Assembly (NCBI GenBank): GCA_002633005.1
Contig: NMRA01000028.1
Span: 1,583,505 to 1,647,504, forward strand
Reading direction: 5' to 3'
DNA: 64,000 nt
Origin: Phoronis australis
Lineage: Eukaryota > Animalia > Phoronida
In this document: positions 24,001 to 36,000 of the stretch, piece after piece
Layout: every line of letters begins with the position of its first letter
Position numbering within the stretch: position 1 is the stretch's first letter
Position numbers and translations under genes: made by a program
The notes under the pieces: model-generated
The model's database searches: none
What the model saw: the letters and a program-made list of their open reading frames with translations, nothing else
Told to the model about the DNA's origin: nothing

Positions 24001-27000
24001 TATGCCATTAGGCTCTTTTGGAAATGCAAAAACAGACTAATGTCTGCCCGATTGGTATTACTGTATCCTCTGTACATGCAACTTTTCATAATACTCAGAC
24101 GAACTCAGTTTTGAGACCATTACGGCTTGCGGATGGTGTAGAACAATACAACTGCAGAGGCCAGGTCCACTGATGACGTCACACAAAATTTTGAATGTTT
24201 TAATTTTTGCTTTTATTTCTTTGTTTAAAGTACATAAATTGGAGAAAAAATACTTAAAATATCATACCAAAATTGTTGGTAACCAAATTCAAGCATTTAT
24301 GACCATGATGTGAAGGTATAAGAGACGCAATTTAAGCATTTCGACTAATTCCACTATTCTCACTAGATAACGTACATGACGTCATCAACAGGCGTACAAG
24401 TTAAGAGACATAGAACACGCCTTTCAACCAATTAAGCTATTACCACTAATCGCTGCACCATCCGTGAGGTGGTACATGACATCTTCAACAGGCTTACAAA
24501 TTTAGAGATACCAAACACGCATTTCAACTATCCCCAGTAATTGTTGCGCCTTCTGCAGGCAAGCAGATAACATGCATGACACCAGCAAAAGGCTCACAAT
24601 TTTATAGAGTCACCAAATAAATGGGTGAAAAAGAGCATGAGTGCCGGTCCTCCAAATCGGACCAACTCACCACAAAACAGGACCTACGGGAATCAAATAG
24701 GACTGCTGCACCAGAAAATGGGACTGACGCACCTAAAAACATGACCGCCCCACCAAAACACGGGACCGCGGAGATTGAACATGACCGCCGAGGATTGAAA
24801 CTTGACCGCAAAGGCAACCAGGTTAAGTTTTATGAACAGTCAATTGACAGTGTAGGCCTATATAGATCATATAATGGGGCTATATACATGCAGGTCTTAT
24901 GCTGATTAATCCACTGAATTCTTTTGTGCGCTACAGGACACTTCGCTTTTATTAACGACGCTCTTCCTTGAGTAAATTACATTATTTAACGGTGCTGGGG
25001 AAAATTAGCGTTCTGCCGTTATTCTGCTGCTAAAATTAAGATGCGTCCTTTTCGGTCAGCTTTCTTGGCCTGTTTCTTTTTCCCTGATTCTTCAATCAGC
25101 TGTTCTTCTCTTCCATGAGGTTGCCTACACGGCATAACGAATTATCGGAACTGGTTTCATTTCGTTACAAGTTTTTAGTATTTTAATACCAGTGATCTGC
25201 AGCTGCGAAGCTCTCACCATCTTCCAAAACATGTTGCAAAATTTTCGGAAATGGCGCATGCGCATGTCACGAGCGCGACAGATTTTTCTTTCTTTCAAAA
25301 GGCAAAGAATTATGCAAGAAAATGACAGTTGTTAAATTGTTTTTCAATCAAACGGATGCAACGGGCAAGGTGAGTGTCGCTTGATTCACAGAGTTTGCGT
25401 GCCCGCCGGTCTTTAGTTCTACATGTTGATATGAATTTTATGAGGAGGTTATGAGCAGAACCACCCAGGCTGTGTGAAATTTCGGGGTCTGAGGGGACTT
25501 AACATGCGGGCTACCAATCTGTATTTTGACAATAGTCTTTATACAGCTAGCTGGCGGATTATGTCACAACCTGCAGTATCGTTGAAGCTACATTTTGTCC
25601 GGCAGTCATGTTCAGTCTCCGGCGGTCCTGTTTTGTAGAGGTACAGTCATGTTTTTAGGTGTGTTGGTCCCATTTTCTGGTACGGTGGTCCCATTTGTTC
25701 CCCGTAGGCCCTGCTTTGTGGTGAGTCAGTCTGATTTGGAAGACAGGCAGTCATGTTTTGGGTCCGGCGGTCATGTTGTTTTCTCACCCATGAAATACGC
25801 ATTTTAACTAATTCAACTATTCTCACTTGTCATTACGCCACCTGCGGGCAGGCTGATAACAAACATGATGTCATCAACTAGCTCACACCTTGGGAGACAC
25901 AGAACATGCATTTCAACTAATTCAGCTATTCCCACTAATTGCTGCGCCACCTGGGGGAAGGCAGATATGGTACATGATGCCAGCAACAGACTCACAAAAC
26001 ATGCATTTATTTTGTAGAATGATACATCTCCTGGAAAATTTTCCTCTTTTTTCATGCTGCAACATGCATAATTTTATGTTTTTGATTGCTGCGACGCAAC
26101 TTTAGATTAACTTTTGAAATATTTTCCACTTTCGCCTTGTTCTTTCCATTGCGCTTTACTACTCAGAAAATGATGTCTCAATAAGCAAGCAAAATATGCA
26201 GCTTTTTTATCAAAACAAGTGGCGAAAAAGCCATTTGTGCAAGATCAGCATAAAAACGAAAATGATCCCAGTGTCAGAAAATTAGAGGTGACTTAGCGCA
26301 TATCTAGGCGTAGACCAAGCCCACAGAGATTCAGGAATGTCTGTGTCACCTGTAGGCGCTCTTAGAAATTGCTAATTAACTGGAGATTTTCCAGTTACAA
26401 CTTTTGACCTTATGTAACTTCCTTTAGAGAAGTGGCAAGTGTTTTAGCCCAAGTGGTGGAAATTCATAGATTACCCCACTATGGTAACGTCAGACTTTCC
26501 GTCCTTATTGGTGTTCATTTTCACCGATAGTGTTGACTGGGGCTTGAGGTTGTAAAAAATTTTTTGTCACATTTTGTATTATACAAACTGTTTAACCAGC
26601 AACTAACTATTGTGAGTTCATTGACATCAGCTTGTATAATTACAGGTCTATAGCAGAATTATCTTCAAAATAATGCTGAATGATAGGCAATCTGGTGGGG
26701 TGAGTACCAACTGTGAATTAATGTAGGAGTAAAACCATAAATCACGCCATGTTTGAAGGAATCATTGTGGACAGAAATTTAGGGTTACTAATTCAGTATA
26801 GCCAAAATACCAATTTTTTCCCCATCACAAATGGTCAATCCAGCTATTCTGATGCTGAAGTCCACTTGCACTCGGCTATCATGACAGAGAATTGCTGCTT
26901 GCTCTCCGCTGTCATGGCGGGAATTCCTAATTTTGCTTGGCTGTCGTGATGGGGGAATTCCTGGGTGCACTCAGCCGTCATGACTGGGAATTCCTGGTTA

Positions 27001-30000
27001 TGCTCAGCTGTCATGACAGAATTCCTGCTTGCCCTTGGCCATCATGATGGGATAATTCTTGGTTGCATTCAGCCATCACAATGGAAGCAATTCCAGGCTT
27101 TTTTGTCAGATTATTTTTGGCGTGTACTGAATGGCGAGTAAGCTTTGATGATTTTGTCATGGAATGATTATTATTCAAAGGTTACTGATACAGTCGTCAT
27201 TTTTCTCTGCTGTGAAGTGGGTTTATTCTTGTTTGAAGTTGGCATTTTTTTCAAAGCTCATTTTCCACAGTCTTCTTTATGCAACCACATACACATGTGT
27301 TTGTGCATAATGCGATCATCTCTGTTTAGGCGTATGAACACCCATCTAGTGGCAGTTCTGTTTTTTGGGTCTACGGCTGTATGATCTTTGTGAAGTTTTG
27401 GCAGATGTGTACCTATCGACTACCAGTGTGTCTCCTTGCGGGAGTTTTAGTTTTTTAGGTTTGCCATCATCTATGCATTTTTGTGAAATTTGGCATATAG
27501 GTTTCTATTAAGGAAATAATGATAGTCTTCCATTTTCGTATGGATTCAGTGTCTTTTGTGCATTTTTTTGCTTCCTCTAGTGCCCATTGTTATAGCACAA
27601 CTATCATTGATTTTTCAAACGAGTCGGGTTAGTATGGAGTACCTTAATGTTTTTTGTTGCATCCACCACTATATCTCCTAAACCCATTGTCATTTTTGGA
27701 CAGGTTCTACATAATCTTCTCGGCCTAATAACCATTTTCATGGTACTAATAGTTTACTATAAAATGCCACAATATTAGCCTCGAATGGCCAATACAACCG
27801 TGTAATAACCCATTTAATTATCTCACTAGTGAGATAACATTTTGGCGGGAACCGAGGCCAGTTTCGAACTCAGTCCTCAAGAGTTTCGAGTCGTCGACTT
27901 TACCACTACGCCACTCAGCGGCTGACGTCATCGAACGTGAAAATAGAATACTTAAATGAGCACGCTCAACAATCCCATGTTCAACAAAGGGCATTGTACT
28001 GACATTTATACGCTATGAAAAATAAGACACATAATTTCCATAAAAACGATATTTTAAGTCAGTGAAAATTTTCTCTCATGTTCTGTCACTTGTAAATCAC
28101 CGATCTCCAATTTGAATGCGGATATCTTGTCGTCAGGATCCTTTGGCTTGAGCATTATACTCAGTTACCAGTGGTAACCTACTTTAGCAGACAATATTTT
28201 CCCGGTCAATGCTTGGCGTGATAAAATGTGTAGTAAGCTATACTAGTTGCTAAACCTTAATTTATAGATTCACTCTATTTCTATTTTGTTTAAATTTTCA
28301 ATTGATTTTGAGTAAAAGCATTATTTGACAAAAATAGCTCAGCTTTTCTTAAAAGGTTACGACCTTCGACCTCGGGCCTCTGACATAGAAAGTAGTTACA
28401 AAGCCGAGGCGAGTCGAAACAGGTAGATCGATTCATTGCAATGTTTCACGTTTAGTATGTGGTATAAATAGATTATTACATGTTCTCAGTCGTTATCCCC
28501 CTTTTCTGGAGCCCTCATGGATTTTGGAGAATTATTGCCCTCTGGGCTGACACCTCTCTGGCGATAATTCTTCAAAATCCACTCGGGCTCTAGAATACGG
28601 GGGATAACGACTTTGCCATGTAATAATCTATATGCATCATTACTAATAAAGATCCTAAAAGTTTGCAGTGTGGTGGTGAGCGCATTTAATGTTTTGCGTG
28701 GCTAAGGCGCGGAGCTTGAGACTTAGTATTCATAACTGCGCGTCACACAAAGTTGTTGCTAGGATATATCCAAACAGAAGCTGCAAATTTCGTTCATGTT
28801 TTGTACTTATGTGTAGGTGGGACATCACCAAGCGCCAGTCAAGTTTAGTGATCGTGACTCGCCGACTGATGCGTCGCTGCCTCGCGATCGCCGATAAGCC
28901 AACTTGAATTTTTGAGTAAAAATATAGTTTTGACTCAACAAATTACCTGAAGTCCTTAAGTTTTCAAATATATTTAGTGTCCCCAAGATTTTTAAGCTCC
29001 TGTGGAGTCGGGATTAACTGCATATTAAGTCCAAATCTGCGCTAGATCGTACTTTGCAACACACCTTTGTTGTCACATGATGTTTGTTGTGAAGTTCGTC
29101 TGCTTATTGTGTGAGAGAGCGATCACGTGCGTGTCATCAGATTTCATTTGCCAGAGTAAGCGCGATGCAGCAATCTAGGTGTGCATTGTAACTAAGGAAA
29201 TTAACACAAGCAGTAAAGCAGAACGTTTTTTAGCACTTGTTGATCTCATCTGCGATAAACGCTCGAGAATTGTCTTGATAAAGACAATGTCAGTGAGTCA
29301 CCCGATGCGTGACAGTCTAACAGCTATTTGTCCGGAGATTCAGTGGGTGTAAGGGTGCGGAAGTGTTCGCTATCAGTGGGTCATTTTGCCTTAAAAATAC
29401 CAATTATGACTACTTTAATAATTCCCCCTTAAAAATAACGCTAATGTTTTTTACTGTACTAGAAACTTTCGGAAATAAGTGCCAGTATTTATTTCTTGCC
29501 AATGCTATGCTACTCGTTTCATGAACAGATAGTTCCCGAAGACTAATCGTCGATGACAGATTTTTTAATGTAGCTTACACTTCCTAGCCACATGCTTTTA
29601 ACTGAACAGAGGTTAAGTTTTTATTAGTCTTCGATTCGTGGTTTTCACGTGCCCAAAGAGGTTTGTATACCTGTTGTTGGATAATATCTGTACAGGAAAG
29701 ATAAAATACAATCCCTTTGACAAGTATGCTGCGTATGTTCTGAAAGGCCAGACCATGATGGGACACGTCCCTCAGAAGACCAACAAACTTGCGTTCTTTT
29801 TGAAGCACGGCAGAAGCTTGAAGTGTATAGTCATGGCTAAATACCGAAATAGCGGCGAGACTTGTGGTCTACAAATTCCGCACACAATAATTTTTTCAAA
29901 CTGTTGGTTCTTATTGATAAATGGAAGATGTTACTGTAGAATTTTAGAACTGTAGGTAAGGCATTTTTTCCCATGAGCACGGCGTTCATGGACTGGGCGC

Positions 30001-33000
30001 TTATTTTAGCAAAGTCTGAAAACGCGTGGGGGGCTCTTTTAGGAGCATGCGTGCTTTTTAGGGCAAATATGGTACTCTAAATTTCCGTATAGCAACTTAT
30101 ATGTCTTATCCATTAAATTTCTCATGAGCATACAGACAGATATGTCTCCTTTTCTTAATACATAAGTAAGTGCCAATTGTCATTTGTCACATATTGCATA
30201 TTCAATCACCTTTATCACATCTTGGCTACTTTATCAGTCTGCAATAAAAATAATCCTTTTATTAAACACAACAATTGAGAGAATATAGATGTCTGTATCT
30301 CATGTTCTACATGTACCAAATATTCACAAAACAATTGTGAATGACCCCCTTGCTTTTGTGTATTTTTGATACTTGTTTTTGAAAGTTTCCCATTGGGGAG
30401 TCTTTACTGGTGGATGTAGGGGGAGTCTTTCTGAATACCCCATTTTTAGTTTACGGCTAAGTCAGCTTAGCTTAATAGACATTTAATTGAAGTCAATGAA
30501 TGCTTCAATAAGTTTGTTCAATGATATTCATCCCTTTATTTTTGTCTTTACTTTTTAGACGGTGGTAAGTCCGCAGATTACTGTGGTGATTCTGGATGAA
30601 AATGACAATGCACCATTATTCATGAATCTTCCTTATAAAGTGAGCATCAAAGAAAATACCCCACCTGATACTCTCATATTCACCGATGTAGTTGCGACGG
30701 ATCGAGACTTGAATCCGCAATTAACTTTTAGCTTAGGACAGGTAAGTGCGTAAAAGTCTCTAAAATTTGATGTATTACTAACTGTACAATTTCACCTGAC
30801 TGGCTTATGTGCGCAAATATGTGCATTTAAGCCAGTGTGCTTGTATGCGAATCTGTGCCTGTGACTTTCTAAAACGGCTCTGAGGTGGTGGCGTGTTACA
30901 ACTATTATTACGAGCCCATATATTTATATGTGGACGCATTATGCTGTCATCTTTGTCCGTCCGTCCATCCGGGCGGCGTCCGTCCATCCTTCCAGGCGGT
31001 GTCCGTCCGGTGTCCATCCGGCGTCCGTCAGGCATCCATCTGGCGTCCGGCGCCCGCTGCTCTATCTCCAAAACCGATTGACGTATGTTCATGAAATTTT
31101 ACACATGTATTCCTTTCATGGATGGGACGACATGAGCGAACTTCCGAATGGATCTGACTACCGGTGTGCCCCCTTGTGGCAATTTTATTTTTTTACATTT
31201 ACCTCTGTATCTTCAAAGGTCCTCAACATATTTTCACAAAATTTGGTGTGTAGACATCTTTAGTGAGGCGACAGTATCTTCTTGTTTTCGGATGGATTTG
31301 ACATAGTTTGCGCCACCTAGTGGCCATTTTTACTGTTTTCCGAGTCTGTTTTTTAGCGTCCGCCCCTCCATCAAGCAAACCGCTCTAAGCATGATTGTGA
31401 AAATTGGCATGTATGTTCTTACTGTGAAGAGGATGACTGACGATGATATTCCAACAACTTCGACTACTGTGACACCTCCTAGTGGCAGTTTTGTTTTTTT
31501 GAGCCTATGGCTGTATCTCCTAAACCGTTTGCAGGATCTTTACTGTATTTAATAAGTTCATTTATATGCTGATGAGAACGGACGATGACGACTTTCGGAC
31601 AGATCTGACTTCTGATGTGCCCCCTGGTGGCAATTTTAGTTTTATGTTTTAAAGGTCCTCAACGGATTTTCATAAAATTTTGAATACGGGCATCTACTGG
31701 TGAGATGATGCTATCCTCCCGCTTTCGGATGGAATCAATGTATTTTGCACCACCTAGTGGCCATTTTTGCTGTTTTCGAGTTTGTTTTTTGGTGTTTACT
31801 CCTCTATCAACCAAATCATTCTAAGGATGGTTTATTTGTTCTCAGTGTGAAGAGGACGGTTGACGATGACAACTTTGACTACTGTGGCACCTCCTAGTGG
31901 TAGTTTTGTTTTGCGCCCATAGCTGTATCTCCTAAACCTACTGCAGGATCTGTATTAAAATTAGTGTATTTATATGAAGCTAACAACAGACAATGACGAC
32001 TTTCAGGTGGATGCAATGAACAGTGTGCCCCCTAGTGGCAATTTCATTTTAACCTGTTTTCCTTTGTTTCTCTGAAGTTCCGTGACGGATTTCTATGAAA
32101 TTTGGTGTATAGGTTTGTGCTATAGAAGCACTGACATGTACTCGTTTTCGGATGGATTGTACCTTTTTGCGCTATCTAGTGGCCATTTTTATGACAAATA
32201 AACAACCCTAAAACCACACCATTTGTGATGCATTTGTGGGCGCATTTCAATGCTCTGCGTCGCTCTTGTTAAAATCAACCTCCCTTCTATTTACATTTTC
32301 ACGACGTTTGGGTTGGTCTATTCTCCGGCCATCGTCAGATGTTCCTGAGTTCTTAGAAGAACGAGGAGGGATACGTGGTACACTCGTCATGGTGTGATTT
32401 TTTGATTATACATCATGTCCTTCCTCCGACAATATAAATGTTTTTGTCATGGATGATTGGTTATGTGGGAGCTTGTGAAGAGGTGTGTGCATTCATCAAA
32501 ATATCTACAATACTATAGAATATAGCTCATAGTCTGTAGTGCAGAAATAATTTGGTTTGTAATTGTTCACAAAACTGCCATTCACTGGGTCATGTCAGCA
32601 AGTCTTTAGTGGGATGTGGGTCCTATTGTGTGTCATGGATTTGAACATTGAACCTTAGTGTGTCGACTGCTAAAAATTGCAATGCTTGGAGTGAGTTGTT
32701 GACCATTTGATATTCATATTTTCAGGACAATGATTTTGCCATCGACCGTACCACTGGAAATGTGAAGTTAATAAAAAAACTGGATTATGAAGAAAGTTCG
32801 CAACATCAGGTTGAAATAATAGTTAAGGTACTGCTTGGTCTTTTGAAAAATGCAACAGCACCCGTGTTGTCTGGTCAATTTTAGGTGCACCCGCTTTGTT
32901 AATTGACAAATACTTGGTCACTAAGTATCTTTGGGTGATTCATTGGGGCTCTGAAGATGTCCTTATGGGACAACTGAATATAATGTTTTGGAAAACTCAA

Positions 33001-36000
33001 CTAGTTCATATATGAGCGTTTGTGAATTTGAAAGATGATGTCAGATTTATGACTTTCTAGATCAGCAATTGTTTTATTTTTATTGTCATATTGTGAAACT
33101 GATGCAAAACACCAGCCTGGAGTGACTACAATGTGACTACCCGTGAGGGTGAACACATTTTTGGGTACTTCGTAGCTAATCGGCACTGGCTTTACTGGCT
33201 ATTAAAAATGTAAAATAGAGAAACAATATGTGCACACGGCGACGTTTCAACAAACATAAAAGTAAGAAATGGTTTTTGCTCTTCAGATCCTAAGTGGGGT
33301 GGACCATTTGCTATTGCCAGTCGGCAATGGACTGTTGTATAGTATGAAATTGGCATACAATTTGTACTTAACTATTAACTCTTTGATGGGTACCTGAACT
33401 TAACAAATTTGGGCTTATTCGGCTAGTTGCATAAGGGTTTTTCCCCACACCATAGACATCTTAGTACTATAGACCGGCCGCACACGCTACTGCAGCTGAC
33501 AACTTGACGCCATATTGGAGAGTGCTGCTAGTCACGTGACACGGCTAATTGTGTAAACGAACGGGGTAAATTGTCCTTTTCAAAGCGCGATATCTAACAA
33601 ATAAAGGGCCGAAGAGTGTGATTTTTTCCAGAAACATACAAAAACATGTGATGTAGCACTTACATATGTTTTTTTAGAGTTAATCAGTCGATGGGGAAAA
33701 TATTAAACTATTAGAAGATAGCAACCAATGGCAGATTCTCGAGTGGCCTGAGTGGCTACAAACCTGTCAATCCACTGTGAGCGTTTTTATTTTTTCATTT
33801 TTTTTCAAGAGAAACCACTAAGATCATGCAAACTTATCATTTAATCCTTGTCGCTCAATGAAAATACATATATCCAGGAGACGTTCCGCTCTCTCGGGAT
33901 GTACTTTTATGGTGCTCCAATAAGCCTTTTCACTGCGTGTTGAACAATGACCCCGGGTAACTTTGAAAAATTAAAATATGATCCTGGTCGCTTTTAATGG
34001 GGTATAAATTTAATGTGAACTACTGTGAAAAATTACCTCATTGGGTCATGTAAATAAATGACATTTTTTTATTGAAGTTCAGTGCGTTCTCCCGTTCAGT
34101 GCAGCGGTTGTGAGCGTGGGATAACATCTAGCTCCTTTGTTAACTGCCGAGCATAGTCTTTTGTCTGGTGGGACAACATGCATATCTACCTGGTTTATAA
34201 CCGATCACATGCAAACACAGTCAAACCCAGTACATTGGTTTGTTGGGACAGAATAGATTGTCTTAACTTCGATTGTAGTTGGGCGATTTTGGTGATTCAA
34301 ACCTATAAGCTTGATCAGTATTTGATGGGCAATTCAGAAATGTCATTGGTTTATGTTCAAACATTTTATAACTTAACTTGCTTTTAACAGCACAGCCCAA
34401 TGAGGATATAAGATACGATTTTATTGGAGATTAGAGCTATTATCGAACAAAAGAGAGCAGACCATCCAACCCTAATTGCCAGAATGGACTTAATCAGTCG
34501 TCAGCGTAAGATATTGGCTACAGCGGTCATCCGCCCAACTTGTTGTGATATACAACTTAACAAGTTAGACTCAACGGGAGAATGCCGTAATGTAAAAAGC
34601 AAGGAACACAGACTCAGTTCCTTTCCTGTGCTTCGCTCGTAATAGCCAACATACAAATAATTCTTCTCTCACGCACGGTATTCCTCTCTCACAGATCTGA
34701 AGTCCCNCCCCCCCCCCCCCCCGATCAAGCACCAGGCTCTTGTTGGCGTTTTGTAGTATCCCCACACTGTGTAATTGTGTGCTCGCAAAGAGGTCAGCCC
34801 CACTCCCACACATTATTTCGGCTCCTATCCATCCCCGCCCTTAATCTGATACGCGTACTGCGCGACCCTCAGCCGAGAAATTTAAAATAAATTCTTCTGT
34901 CATGCTGTCTGCATATCCCAACCCCCTGTTGTGGGGGAACCATTGAATAATGACAGGGCAGATTTTCACGGATGTGGAGTCGTTTTTTCATGAGCTGAAA
35001 ATTCTTCACAATAAATTTAGACCTGTGAAAAAACTAACTGGGGTCATTTTTCACGGGGTCATAGCTAATGCTACATCGGCTCAGTTGGGTATATTTCCAT
35101 TCGGTTTCGAGTGGGAAATTCTGTATTTTGGGTAAAGGTTGGATGTGCAATTCAGTCGTACAGCTTTGATATTTTGTTACTATGCACTTTACTTTTTTGC
35201 GCCAGTTTTGTCAGAAAACAGAGAGCTCGTAACCAAGCTGTGCAAATCTACAAAATTTCAAATTTCAGCTTTGGCATAGGTACAGATTTTGCAGGGATTT
35301 GTTTGTTTTGATACAAAGGAAAACAACTGATTTTGGAATACATATTAAGAAATGAGTTTTTAAAGCAGTATATATTTTAATAGAGATAACACTATTCACT
35401 TAGATGTACTGATTTCGTTGGCTGGCGAGTAAGTCATTAATACCAAATATTTACTTAAATATAATTAGCAAACAGCATCATCATTGGATAAGAGCATATG
35501 CTGGTCAATAATTATCTTTTTAATTGATCTTAATGGTCTCAGTCACCAAGACTGATTGGAAACAACGCATTATCGCTCCCCTTAAACTATGGTGGCAGAA
35601 CATAAAAACCTAGTGGCAGCACCACTAAACTCCATGGCCGAACCAAAAAACCCATGACTCAATGACAGGACCAAAAAACCTAACTCACTGGCTGCAGGCA
35701 TAACACAGCAAGCTCCCACTTTTTCCGACTGATGCCGTAGGGCTCCCTGTGTTTTCCACCATTTTTGTCCTGTGTAGCACTCTCCAATATGGCGTCATAT
35801 TGACAAGGTGAGCTGCATGTAACTGAGTGGCGCGCTGCCCGGTCTTTGTGATGTCTATGTTCCACACTCTTTAAACTGTTTCTAAAAATTGAGAAGAAAT
35901 ACTAGATTATTAAGGAAATGTGGGATCAGTTCTAGAAAACATTTAAATAAAAAATATGAAGATTATGTTGCACAAGAGCTTTTGGAGAATGTTTGTGTTC

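Noticed and set aside
27850-27922. Functional tRNA gene
   Set aside because: A and B boxes are present but the cloverleaf stems do not pair; kept only as tRNA-derived.
30805-31263. Pro/Arg-rich ORFs on both strands
   Set aside because: Translations of the (GTCC)n microsatellite in the HINE-like element.
33860-33960. Possible THAP remnant on - inside the P-like element
   Set aside because: Only a few residues fit; too degenerate to support.
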